From: an uncultured Candidatus Saccharibacteria bacterium
GTDB taxonomy: Bacteria; Patescibacteriota; Minisyncoccia; Phycocordibacterales; DSPV01
Direction: 5' to 3'
DNA length: 64,000 nucleotides
Assembly (NCBI GenBank): GCA_964349135.1
Contig: CAYGFK010000003.1
Span: 12,252 to 76,251 of the forward strand
Shown here: positions 28,739 to 36,704 of the stretch, in pieces
How positions within the stretch are numbered: the stretch's first letter is position 1
Layout: every line of letters begins with the position of its first letter
The notes under the pieces: generated by a model
Databases searched by the model: none
Told to the model about the DNA's origin: nothing
What the model saw: the letters and a program-made list of their open reading frames with translations, nothing else
Translations under genes and position numbers: made by a program

Positions 28739-29359
28739 TTAATTTATCATTTCTTTTAATTCTTTTCTTGGGAATACATCAAGCATGCTTCCGGGCGTGC
28801 AATTCCAGATTTTGATGCCATGGTTAAACGCATACCGCGCAATCTCTTTGTAGGTCTCCCAGATTCCGGCATACAATTTGAATCTCGTCTCTGTGTCCCG
28901 TGTCTGCGATTTTAACTCTCGGCTAGTCTTTATGAGTATATTCTCTTCTTTCTCGTAGAAATGCCCGTTCTCTCCGGGGACCAACGACCAGTTGTGGTCG
29001 CATCCCAAGAGGCAGATATCTCTACATCCCAGATAACACGCCAGATAGAGAGCTACATGAGGGACGGTAGTTATCTTCGGAAGGACGCCCGAAAGATTGA
29101 TGCTCTCTCTTGTTTGGTCGGCATGGCCGTTACCAAGAAGATAATAATACACTTTTTGTTTTCGAAAGAGATTATGTTTTTCTACAACCGCACGGTCCGT
29201 TGCGGAAACGAGTACTTTCTGATTTTGCGGAAAATGTTTTTCAGCATCAGCAAACCACGCCACAAGATGTTCTTCGGTGATTGGCCTGTGAGAAGGGGCA
29301 AAGAGGTGAAATGTCGGCGCGATGACTTTGAAATCAGGGTGTACGAAGAAGTTGCTCAC
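28739..29359 (-). CDS. C-terminal portion of a DUF115/MptE-Maf-like protein
   Basis: LLGCDHNW-type region. Its start ATG overlaps the stop of 29356..29601 as ATGA. Confidence 0.4.
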   Translation of the reverse strand: MSNFFVHPDFKVIAPTFHLFAPSHRPITEEHLVAWFADAEKHFPQNQKVLVSATDRAVVEKHNLFRKQKVYYYLLGNGHADQTRESINLSGVLPKITTVPHVALYLACYLGCRDICLLGCDHNWSLVPGENGHFYEKEENILIKTSRELKSQTRDTETRFKLYAGIWETYKEIARYAFNHGIKIWNCTPGSMLDVFPRKELKEMIN

Positions 29360-29601
29360 GGAAATCGGATTTCTCCGCTGAGTCCTGTTAGGTCCTGCGT
29401 CTTAATGGAGGGTCCCGTGGCTAGTATGAAGCATCGTTTGCCCGCATATGCATTTTTTAATTCGGCATTGCGCGCTAATACATGATGATACGCGCGATAT
29501 TTTTTTCGGACATCGCGGTTATCTTTTGTATTTCGAATCAGTTCTGCGACGAGGCGCACGACAGGTCCGAGTACCCGATTATTTTTTAGATATTCACGCA
29601 T
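29356..29601 (-). CDS. N-terminal portion (81 aa) of a DUF115/MptE-Maf-like protein, carrying the GPS motif
   Basis: CFILATGPSIK motif. Together with 28739..29359 it would give about 287 aa, typical of the family. Either a split gene or a frameshift. Confidence 0.35.
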   Translation of the reverse strand: MREYLKNNRVLGPVVRLVAELIRNTKDNRDVRKKYRAYHHVLARNAELKNAYAGKRCFILATGPSIKTQDLTGLSGEIRFP

Positions 29602-30299
29602 TATTGTTGAGTCTTGTGACAGATGCCGTAAAAGCAGAGGGTAAAAACGCCTGTGCTTAGGGTGGCCTTATGAGTAATAAGTTCTACATTTCCTGTACCG
29701 AATGCAGACTCAAGGAGCGTTACGAAATCTTTTTTCGTCAGTTCATGTTTGTGATAGGGGTTATGCACGCTCGGGCCGGAAACCCCCGTCGGGTTTTCAG
29801 GTGAACTCACAATAAGAACTCCTCCGGGTTTTAGGGATGTATAAAATGCACTAATAAGATGTTCCTGCTCTTTCATTTCAATATGTTCGAGTCCTTCAAT
29901 ACAACCAATGAGGTCATAGGTCCCTGATTTTAAGTTCGGATTGGTAAGGTCTCCAACAGAAAATGTCGCCTGGGGGGTTTGGTAGCATTTCTTGGCATAT
30001 TCAACCGTTTCCGCATCAAATTCTCTTCCTTCATAGGTTACGCCAAGCGGAGTTAGTATTTCGCTTGCGTATCCGCTACCGCAAGGGAAATCGAGGACTC
30101 GATATCCCGCTCGGCAATAGAGACCCAAAAGATAGTAACGGGCCTTGTGGCGCGCGACCAGGTCGTCCATATCCACGCCGGGTATATTGGTTTTATTTAC
30201 CGTTATTGGCGTTCCTTCAGGCATGGTAAACTCCACGTCTTGCAGAAAAAGACGTTCCGTATCAGCTCCGCCTCGATAGATATGCTTCTCCGTGCTCAT
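29601..30299 (-). CDS. Class I SAM-dependent methyltransferase
   Basis: RVLDFPCGSGYASEIL...LKPGGVLIVSSP. Confidence 0.6.
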   Translation of the reverse strand: MSTEKHIYRGGADTERLFLQDVEFTMPEGTPITVNKTNIPGVDMDDLVARHKARYYLLGLYCRAGYRVLDFPCGSGYASEILTPLGVTYEGREFDAETVEYAKKCYQTPQATFSVGDLTNPNLKSGTYDLIGCIEGLEHIEMKEQEHLISAFYTSLKPGGVLIVSSPENPTGVSGPSVHNPYHKHELTKKDFVTLLESAFGTGNVELITHKATLSTGVFTLCFYGICHKTQQ

Positions 30300-30971
30300 T
30301 TAGGGTTTGATAATGAACGAGGGAATATGTGAATAGGGGAATTTCTGGATGCGGACATTCTTATCTTTGAAGAAATCATCAGCCGCCTTTGTTTCTCCTG
30401 GGAAGGTGCCGTAGTCGTCGAATACGATGACGCCTCCTCGGACTACACGGTCATAAAGTGTTTCAAGTGCCATTTTGGCCGGTTCATACACGTCTGTGTC
30501 GATGTGTAGCAGTGCAATCTTAAGATGCGAATGTGATTTCAGGTAGGCCGGAACGGTTTTTACTACGTCACCTTTCACCAGTTCGATATTCGGGAACCCT
30601 TTTTTTGAAAAGACAGATTGAAGTTCCTGTTCGCTGAGTCCGTGCGTGCCGGCAGCTTTGATAAACCGGTCAAGATATGTTTTATCGTCTTTAAATTTTG
30701 TGGGAGCCACTTTCCCGAACATATCGAACCCGATAATGGCCCGGGCATGCGGTGCTTCAAAGAGATGTCGAAAGGTGGCGAATTGGATGAGCGAGTTTCC
30801 CTTAAAGACCCCGCATTCGACAATGGCGCCCGGCAAATCTTCGATAAGCTTATAGAGCTCGTAGTGAGCTATTATTTTGCCAAACCGAGAGGGGTCGCTG
30901 GTCAGCATGAATTGGTTTTCATGCTCGACCACGTTGCTATTTTCCTGCTTTTTTTGTTTTCTTTTTTGCAT
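30300..30971 (-). CDS. TylF/MycF-family O-methyltransferase
   Basis: GAIVECGVFKGNSLIQFA...IDTDVYEPAKMALE. Start may be the internal Met at 30908. Confidence 0.6.
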   Translation of the reverse strand: MQKRKQKKQENSNVVEHENQFMLTSDPSRFGKIIAHYELYKLIEDLPGAIVECGVFKGNSLIQFATFRHLFEAPHARAIIGFDMFGKVAPTKFKDDKTYLDRFIKAAGTHGLSEQELQSVFSKKGFPNIELVKGDVVKTVPAYLKSHSHLKIALLHIDTDVYEPAKMALETLYDRVVRGGVIVFDDYGTFPGETKAADDFFKDKNVRIQKFPYSHIPSFIIKP

Positions 30972-31854
30972 GGTTCTTTTTTGTTTGAGGACGGTGTTTT
31001 AATTTCTTTCTTTGTACCACTTCGACCGGGAGCAGTTCTTCGCGTTTGAACGTCAGGGATTTGTGGGTTGCGTGCAGATTTCTGATGAGCTTGAAGAGGC
31101 CTTGCGGTTCAAGCGATGCAGAGTGGTCGGTCCCTTTCCATGTCCGGTTTTTAGTGAAATGTCTCTCTATCCAATTGGCCCCTAAGGTGTAGGCGGCTAT
31201 GTCCACGGCGATACCATTGTGATGTCCGGAGAATCCAATATCTTTCACGCGGTCGCCGAATTTTTCTTTGAGGCGAGTTATTTCAAGCAAACTGACATCT
31301 TTAAAATCAACGGGGTATCCCGAGGTGCATGAATAGAGCACGAGGCGCGTTGTTGCCTGGTCAGTCTCTTCGAAGAATCTGACAAGCGCATCCTCCTCTT
31401 CGTGTGTTGTCATTCCGGTTGAGACGTGTATTTCTCCCGTGTAAGAGTCGCGCAAGAGCTTGAGAATATCAAAATGTGTGTTCATTGCAGAGGGAATCTT
31501 GATAAGCTCCGGTTCAAGTGCAATTACTTCTTTGGTAGAGACCGTATCCCAGACAGATGTGGAATAGCCAATTCCTAAACGTTCGCAGAAGCGCTTTAGC
31601 TCCCGGTGTTGCTCTATCGTGAATTCAAGGAATTCGCGGTGTTCGCCGTACGTCTTTCCGTACGCGTGTGCGGGATTCGGGTGTGGTGCGTGATACTGTT
31701 CTTTCGAGAGCAATGTCTTCGGGTGTCGCTTTTGGAATTTTGCAACGGTAGCTCCCGCATCTTTGGCAAGCTGAATGAGCTCTTTGGCGATTTCAAATTC
31801 GCCCCTATGATTACACCCTATTTCAGCTATGACTTTTGGTTTTTTGTATTTCAT
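30937..31854 (-). CDS. NeuB-family nonulosonic acid (sialic/legionaminic/pseudaminic/KDN-type) synthase, short form with a lysine-rich C-terminal tail
   Basis: VIAEIGCNHRGEF..AKELI..AK.AGA..VKFQ motif. Lacks the usual C-terminal AFP/SAF domain and ends RKKLKHRPQTKKNHAKKKTKKAGK. Confidence 0.65.
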   Translation of the reverse strand: MKYKKPKVIAEIGCNHRGEFEIAKELIQLAKDAGATVAKFQKRHPKTLLSKEQYHAPHPNPAHAYGKTYGEHREFLEFTIEQHRELKRFCERLGIGYSTSVWDTVSTKEVIALEPELIKIPSAMNTHFDILKLLRDSYTGEIHVSTGMTTHEEEDALVRFFEETDQATTRLVLYSCTSGYPVDFKDVSLLEITRLKEKFGDRVKDIGFSGHHNGIAVDIAAYTLGANWIERHFTKNRTWKGTDHSASLEPQGLFKLIRNLHATHKSLTFKREELLPVEVVQRKKLKHRPQTKKNHAKKKTKKAGK

Positions 31855-32528
31855 ACGCCTTTTTTCTTCTTAAAAATCCTTTCGGCTTCGTCCCAGTCAG
31901 ATTGATGGTCGATGTCGATGGCTTGTTCAGGTGACATTTCATAGATGCCTATCGTCCCACCCAGGAAATTCTTATATTTTTCGAGCGTTGTGTTTCTAGT
32001 GATATAGAAGGCCCCGTTTTCCGTAATGGTCCCTTCGAAATCCTGAGTTCGCGGTCTCTTAAGGGGATTATAGTTGAGAGGTTTTCCCTCAGGCGTCCAG
32101 TAAAATCGTTTGTGTCGCGTTCCGGTGAGTAGCGCGTCATGCTGATGTTTTTCTAAGAGCTCTAATGCATTGTCGATATCTTTGGTGGTAGTCAGCGGGT
32201 TGGTTGCGTGGAGAACGACAAGGATGTCAAAAGGAACCTGTTCCATGAAATGGAGATGCACGTGTTCTTCTGAGGTCATATCTTGTGCAAGCTCATGAGG
32301 TCGAGTGGTGACGGAAATATCAATCCCCATATTTTCTACCACGTCTTTTATTTCGGCGTCTTCGGTTGATACGTGTATGGCATCGATGTACTTTGACTGA
32401 GCTGCCTCGGATGCAACCCAATAGGCGAGCGGTTTACCGCTGAACATTTTAATATTCTTTCTCGGGATTCGTTTCGAACCTCCCCGCAAAGGAATCAGCG
32501 CTATTACTTTTTTACCGTTGAGTGCCAT
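31851..32528 (-). CDS. Acylneuraminate cytidylyltransferase family (CMP-nonulosonic acid synthetase, NeuA-like)
   Basis: KVIALIPLRGGSKRIPRKNIK.FSGKPLAYW. Start at MALNGK (32528) avoids overlapping the downstream GT10 gene. Confidence 0.65.
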   Translation of the reverse strand: MALNGKKVIALIPLRGGSKRIPRKNIKMFSGKPLAYWVASEAAQSKYIDAIHVSTEDAEIKDVVENMGIDISVTTRPHELAQDMTSEEHVHLHFMEQVPFDILVVLHATNPLTTTKDIDNALELLEKHQHDALLTGTRHKRFYWTPEGKPLNYNPLKRPRTQDFEGTITENGAFYITRNTTLEKYKNFLGGTIGIYEMSPEQAIDIDHQSDWDEAERIFKKKKGV

Positions 32529-33588
32529 GAGGTTTTTTGATGATACTCGTAAGCATTTTAACTGTCTTATAGATAATCGGACTCTTCTTGAGAAAATCGG
32601 CTGTTTTTTCTTTAAACCTCCGTTTTTCTTCCGGCCGAAGTGACACTCGGGTTGGTTGATTCGCTCGTGGCAGTGAGGAGATAATCGAGGCAAGCATCGG
32701 AAACATGGAGTAAGAATTGAGCCAAAGGTCTCGCGCTTTCCACACAGCGTCGAGGTGTTGTTCGTAGGTATTGTTGGCGATGGCTTGCTCTATAATCTTG
32801 ATTGAGCCCTCGACATCGCGCATGTCGATAGGGATGAAGGAGTCTTTGGGATAGTAATCGAGTATGGATTCATGGCCATGATAGAACGGAAATGCTCCGG
32901 CAAGGTGTGCGTCCGGCATGTTTGAGGTGAAGTAGTGGGGGACGAGACTGTTTTCAAGTGCCAGGTAATATTTATACGGCGCAATTGAATTCCACTTGAG
33001 TTTTTCCACTTTGGTATCAGGACCAAAAACATCGGGCTTTTCGGCAAACGCGTCCATCGCATCACCAAAATGTTTTTTGAGCGCCGTGATAAATTCATTG
33101 CGCAGTTTTTGTCCCGGTGTTTTCGTTTTGCTAGAAGCGACTACTGAGAGGAGTTTTGTCTTTTTTATATCGGACGGCTTCATCGCTTTGAGTTCGTCGT
33201 ACGTCTTGAATTGCTTATGGAAATCCTCAAGACTTTGTCCTTCAGGTCGGCGTGACCAAAAGAGATGCGAAAAATGCATTTGTTGCGTATGAATCTGCCG
33301 AGGATGAGTGAGGGTATCCGGGCAGGTCACTACCCAGTTAAATTGGTTCACAAATGCTTTTTCATATTTCTTCATATTGAAGTTCTCCATCGCAACAAAG
33401 ATAGTGTTTTCCTTTGGGCACACTGTCTCTTCGATATCGGATAGGTTTTCCATGACGACCCACCAGTCAGCTTTGGCCGTCGGTTCATTTACGAAAAATT
33501 GGAAATCTCCCCAAACGCCCGTTGCGCCAGGGGTCAGATACTTGAAAGGAATATTCTTTGCCGCGGTGCTTATTTTTACGGTGGTCAT
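32512..33588 (-). CDS. GT10-family alpha-1,3-fucosyltransferase-like glycosyltransferase
   Basis: YKYYLALENS...Y.T......P.Y.G pattern resembling the FucT motif. Confidence 0.45.
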   Translation of the reverse strand: MTTVKISTAAKNIPFKYLTPGATGVWGDFQFFVNEPTAKADWWVVMENLSDIEETVCPKENTIFVAMENFNMKKYEKAFVNQFNWVVTCPDTLTHPRQIHTQQMHFSHLFWSRRPEGQSLEDFHKQFKTYDELKAMKPSDIKKTKLLSVVASSKTKTPGQKLRNEFITALKKHFGDAMDAFAEKPDVFGPDTKVEKLKWNSIAPYKYYLALENSLVPHYFTSNMPDAHLAGAFPFYHGHESILDYYPKDSFIPIDMRDVEGSIKIIEQAIANNTYEQHLDAVWKARDLWLNSYSMFPMLASIISSLPRANQPTRVSLRPEEKRRFKEKTADFLKKSPIIYKTVKMLTSIIKKPHGTQR

Positions 33589-34505
33589 GATAGTTGTTGC
33601 GCTTCTCGCGTGGGCCAATACGCTTCATTCAACCAGGTCTTGAAGGTAACCTCAAGCGTTGGAGCGAAATAGTTGCGGAATCGGTATTCGCGCCAGATTG
33701 AGGCGTATTTAGGCCAATACACATCGACCGCTTCGTTGTCGATAATGATTCCTCTTTCGCCCATGAAGGCCAGGTAATCTTCCATGGTGTGTTTGGTATC
33801 CCGCCCTGTTTTTTCGAGGAATTGCTCGACAAGGTATCCTTCAGGGAGGAATGTTGGTGTCCGTACTGAAGGGTCGGTAATGAGGTCGGGGCTCCAGTAG
33901 GTATGCATGTCATGTGTATCCCCAAACATGAAGAGGTCAGAGAAATAATAGAGTCGAACTTTACTTGTCCCGGTGTTGATGCTGGCGATTCGTTTTGATT
34001 GTTTCTTTGTTCCAAGGACCGGGAATTGCTCAAGAAGATTTTGCATGAAGAGTAGCGCATTGATTGCGTGCATGCGTTGGTCAGTACGGGTTTTCAGGGT
34101 GTAGGCAAGTCCGAGGCGAGAGGCCTCTTCTATGCCTGCTTTTGTGCCGACGATTTGCATATTGATATTGTGTGGTCCGGGGAAGGATGGTTTTGCGCTC
34201 TTCACCACCACAAACCGCTTTCCCTCAAACGCTTGGAACTTTGACACATCTTCTCCCTCCCATGTCGATAGAATAATGGTGGCGGCGGGGTAGTGGTGAC
34301 GATAGAGTTTGACGGTCTCAAAGGTGAAGTCATCCTCATGTCGAAGAGGTCCCTGCATAACAATGGCGCACCGTGCATCGGCCGAGGTTTCGGTCGCGCG
34401 ATAGTGCGAAGGTTTCGGGTACATGGGTCGCGTATGCACGGTGATGAAACGGCCGCGCAGACGTCCGATAAGGAGTAGTAAGGTTGTGCCGAGTTTTCTC
34501 ATCAT
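33585..34505 (-). CDS. Paralog 1 of a tandem triplicated family (WavE-like, putative LPS/glycan transferase; assignment uncertain)
   Basis: Shares TVHTRPMYP..CAIVMQGP...STWEGEDVSKFQA...TRTDQRM with the two neighbouring genes. Confidence 0.5.
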   Translation of the reverse strand: MMRKLGTTLLLLIGRLRGRFITVHTRPMYPKPSHYRATETSADARCAIVMQGPLRHEDDFTFETVKLYRHHYPAATIILSTWEGEDVSKFQAFEGKRFVVVKSAKPSFPGPHNINMQIVGTKAGIEEASRLGLAYTLKTRTDQRMHAINALLFMQNLLEQFPVLGTKKQSKRIASINTGTSKVRLYYFSDLFMFGDTHDMHTYWSPDLITDPSVRTPTFLPEGYLVEQFLEKTGRDTKHTMEDYLAFMGERGIIIDNEAVDVYWPKYASIWREYRFRNYFAPTLEVTFKTWLNEAYWPTREAQQLS

Positions 34506-35425
34506 GATTTTGAAAAAGGTAGGCATTTATTGAACCATTCTTTCAGGGAGATTTCGAAATTCGGATAGTCATAGTCGCGGATACGGTATTCGCGGAAGCG
34601 TTCATAGTACTTTGGCCAGTAGAGGTCGATGCTCTCGTTTCCGACAATGATACAGCGTGTGCCAAGCGCGTGCAGGAAATCATCCATAGTGTTTTCGACT
34701 TTCCATCCCGTCTTTTTGAGGAAGGCGATGAAGAGGTCTCGTTCGACAAACGGGTGCTTGGGGTCGGGAGCTTTGGTCGAGACGTAGCCGTAATCCCAGT
34801 ATGTACTCATATCTTCGACGGTACCGAACATCCAGAGGTCAGAGAGGTGGTAGGGAGTGTAGCGTGTCGTGGTGGTGAGATTGAGTCCGATAATACGGTT
34901 TTTTTGTTTCGTGCCCGACTCAAGGGGAAAGAGTGAAAGCATATGCACGAGGAATTCAAGATTTTTGATGCCGTACATTCGTTGGTCGGTTCTGGTCTTA
35001 AGGACGTAGGTGAGGCCGAGTGCTTGTGCGCGTTTTATCCCTGCGGTTGTTGAGATTGTTTGTCGGTTGATGTTTCCCGGTCCGCCGAATTCAGGCGCTT
35101 TCGTTTGGACGATTTCGAGTTTAGCTCCGGCTTGTTTAAGAGCTTCAAACTCTGACACATCTTCTCCCTCCCACGTCGAGAGGACGAGGGTGGCGGAAGG
35201 ATAGACTTGGGAATAAAGCTTCACTGTTTCATACGTGAACCGATATTTCTTCTGTATCGGTCCCTGCATGACAATGGCGCAACTTTTATCGATTGCGTTT
35301 TCCGTCCCGCGATAGGTAATGTCACGTGCGAACATCGGGCGCGTGTGTACCGTCAAGAATTTTTTCTTGAGTCTGCCTGTTCTAACGACGATGGCGGTAA
35401 TAAATTGTATCAAGCGTTTTTTCAT
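34502..35425 (-). CDS. Paralog 2 of the tandem triplicated family
   Basis: Same motifs; the most divergent copy. Confidence 0.5.
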   Translation of the reverse strand: MKKRLIQFITAIVVRTGRLKKKFLTVHTRPMFARDITYRGTENAIDKSCAIVMQGPIQKKYRFTYETVKLYSQVYPSATLVLSTWEGEDVSEFEALKQAGAKLEIVQTKAPEFGGPGNINRQTISTTAGIKRAQALGLTYVLKTRTDQRMYGIKNLEFLVHMLSLFPLESGTKQKNRIIGLNLTTTTRYTPYHLSDLWMFGTVEDMSTYWDYGYVSTKAPDPKHPFVERDLFIAFLKKTGWKVENTMDDFLHALGTRCIIVGNESIDLYWPKYYERFREYRIRDYDYPNFEISLKEWFNKCLPFSKS

Positions 35426-36342
35426 GAGGGTGTTTGTGATGTAAGCAACGGCATGTAGGCCTCGTTGAGCCAGGTCTTGAATGATATCTCAAGCTCAGGA
35501 TAGCGGTACGTTTTGATTCGGTGTTCGCGCAACAGGTTGATGTATTTGGGCCAGTAAATATCCAGGAGCTCATTATCAATAATAATACAGCGTGCGCCGA
35601 GCGCCTGCAGGAAGTTTGCTTGGGTTCCAAGGACGTTCCATCCGGTACGTCCAAGAAACTGTTTGAACAGGTATCCTTCAGCGTGAAAAGTCTTGGCGTG
35701 GATAGTCGTGTCGGTGATGAGGTCCGCATTCCAGTACGTTTGCATATCTGAAGTCCTGCCGAACAAGAACACATCGGAGAGCTGGTAGTTACGTATCTTA
35801 CTTGTGGCCGATGCGGTTCCAATGATTCTTCCCGCTTGTTTGTTTGTGCCGAAGACGGGGAATCGCTCCAGTATATTTTCAAGAAATTCGAGTAAGCCGA
35901 TGCTGTAGATTCGCTGGTCGGTGCGGGTCTTGAGGGTGTATGCAAGACCTTGATGCATGGCTTCGTCCGCGCCTGCTTTCGAGGAGATGATTTGGAAGTT
36001 CAGGTTGCCGGGAGCGGGATGCGTCGGCTTCTCACTTTTCACCACTACAAACCGCTTTCCCTCAAACGCTTGGAACTTTGACACATCTTCTCCCTCCCAC
36101 GTCGAGAGGATAATGGTGGAGGCAGGGTAGTGGCGACAATAGAGCTTCACGGTCTCAAGGGTGAAGTCGTCTTCATGTCTAATCGGCCCCTGTATCACAA
36201 TGGCGCATCGAGCATCAGCGGTTGTCTCAACGGCGCGATAGTGCGATGCTCTCGGGTACATGGGACGCGTATGCACGGTGATGAAACGGCCGATAATACG
36301 GCCGGTGCCGAGCAGTAATTTTGTGCCGAGATTACGAATCAT
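35422..36342 (-). CDS. Paralog 3 of the tandem triplicated family
   Basis: Same motifs. Shares an identical 53-nt tract with paralog 1. Start at MIRNLGTK. Confidence 0.5.
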   Translation of the reverse strand: MIRNLGTKLLLGTGRIIGRFITVHTRPMYPRASHYRAVETTADARCAIVIQGPIRHEDDFTLETVKLYCRHYPASTIILSTWEGEDVSKFQAFEGKRFVVVKSEKPTHPAPGNLNFQIISSKAGADEAMHQGLAYTLKTRTDQRIYSIGLLEFLENILERFPVFGTNKQAGRIIGTASATSKIRNYQLSDVFLFGRTSDMQTYWNADLITDTTIHAKTFHAEGYLFKQFLGRTGWNVLGTQANFLQALGARCIIIDNELLDIYWPKYINLLREHRIKTYRYPELEISFKTWLNEAYMPLLTSQTPS

Positions 36343-36703
36343 GGTTTTTGTCATCACGAGTAATTTTCCCTTCAAGCTCCTCGTCCTCCCATGAGGTAAA
36401 CGGGTGCGCCAAGTCGTCGATGTAGAGGTGGCCGAAGGGTTTGCCGAAAACAAGTTCGTCATAAGGAATCGCGTGTTTTTCGAGCCACTCGCGCGTCACC
36501 CCTTCCATTTTTTCGATGACGCGTTCGATATTACCGTCGCACGTCTTCATGTGTCGTGCGGTATAGATAATAAGATAGTGCCCATTGCTTTTGAGTGTTT
36601 CAAGCTTCTCTTTGGCGCCAGGTAACGGACTGACATCGGCATAGGTCTCGCCTTCTTGCTTGAGCGTGCAAATAGTTCCGTCGAGGTCGATAACGATACG
36701 CAT
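36332..36703 (-). CDS. Small HAD-superfamily phosphatase
   Basis: MRIVIDLDGTI motif I at the N-terminus, then ..IIYTAR. ORF track extends to 36883; start placed at 36703. Confidence 0.55.
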   Translation of the reverse strand: MRIVIDLDGTICTLKQEGETYADVSPLPGAKEKLETLKSNGHYLIIYTARHMKTCDGNIERVIEKMEGVTREWLEKHAIPYDELVFGKPFGHLYIDDLAHPFTSWEDEELEGKITRDDKNHDS

Positions 36704-36704
36704 G

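Noticed and set aside
33585-36462. Diversity-generating retroelement (template/variable repeat) explanation for the identical tracts in the paralog array
   Set aside because: No reverse transcriptase gene in the window. Identity is distributed as several blocks between full-length paralogs rather than one adenine-mutagenised template/variable repeat pair, so gene conversion fits better.
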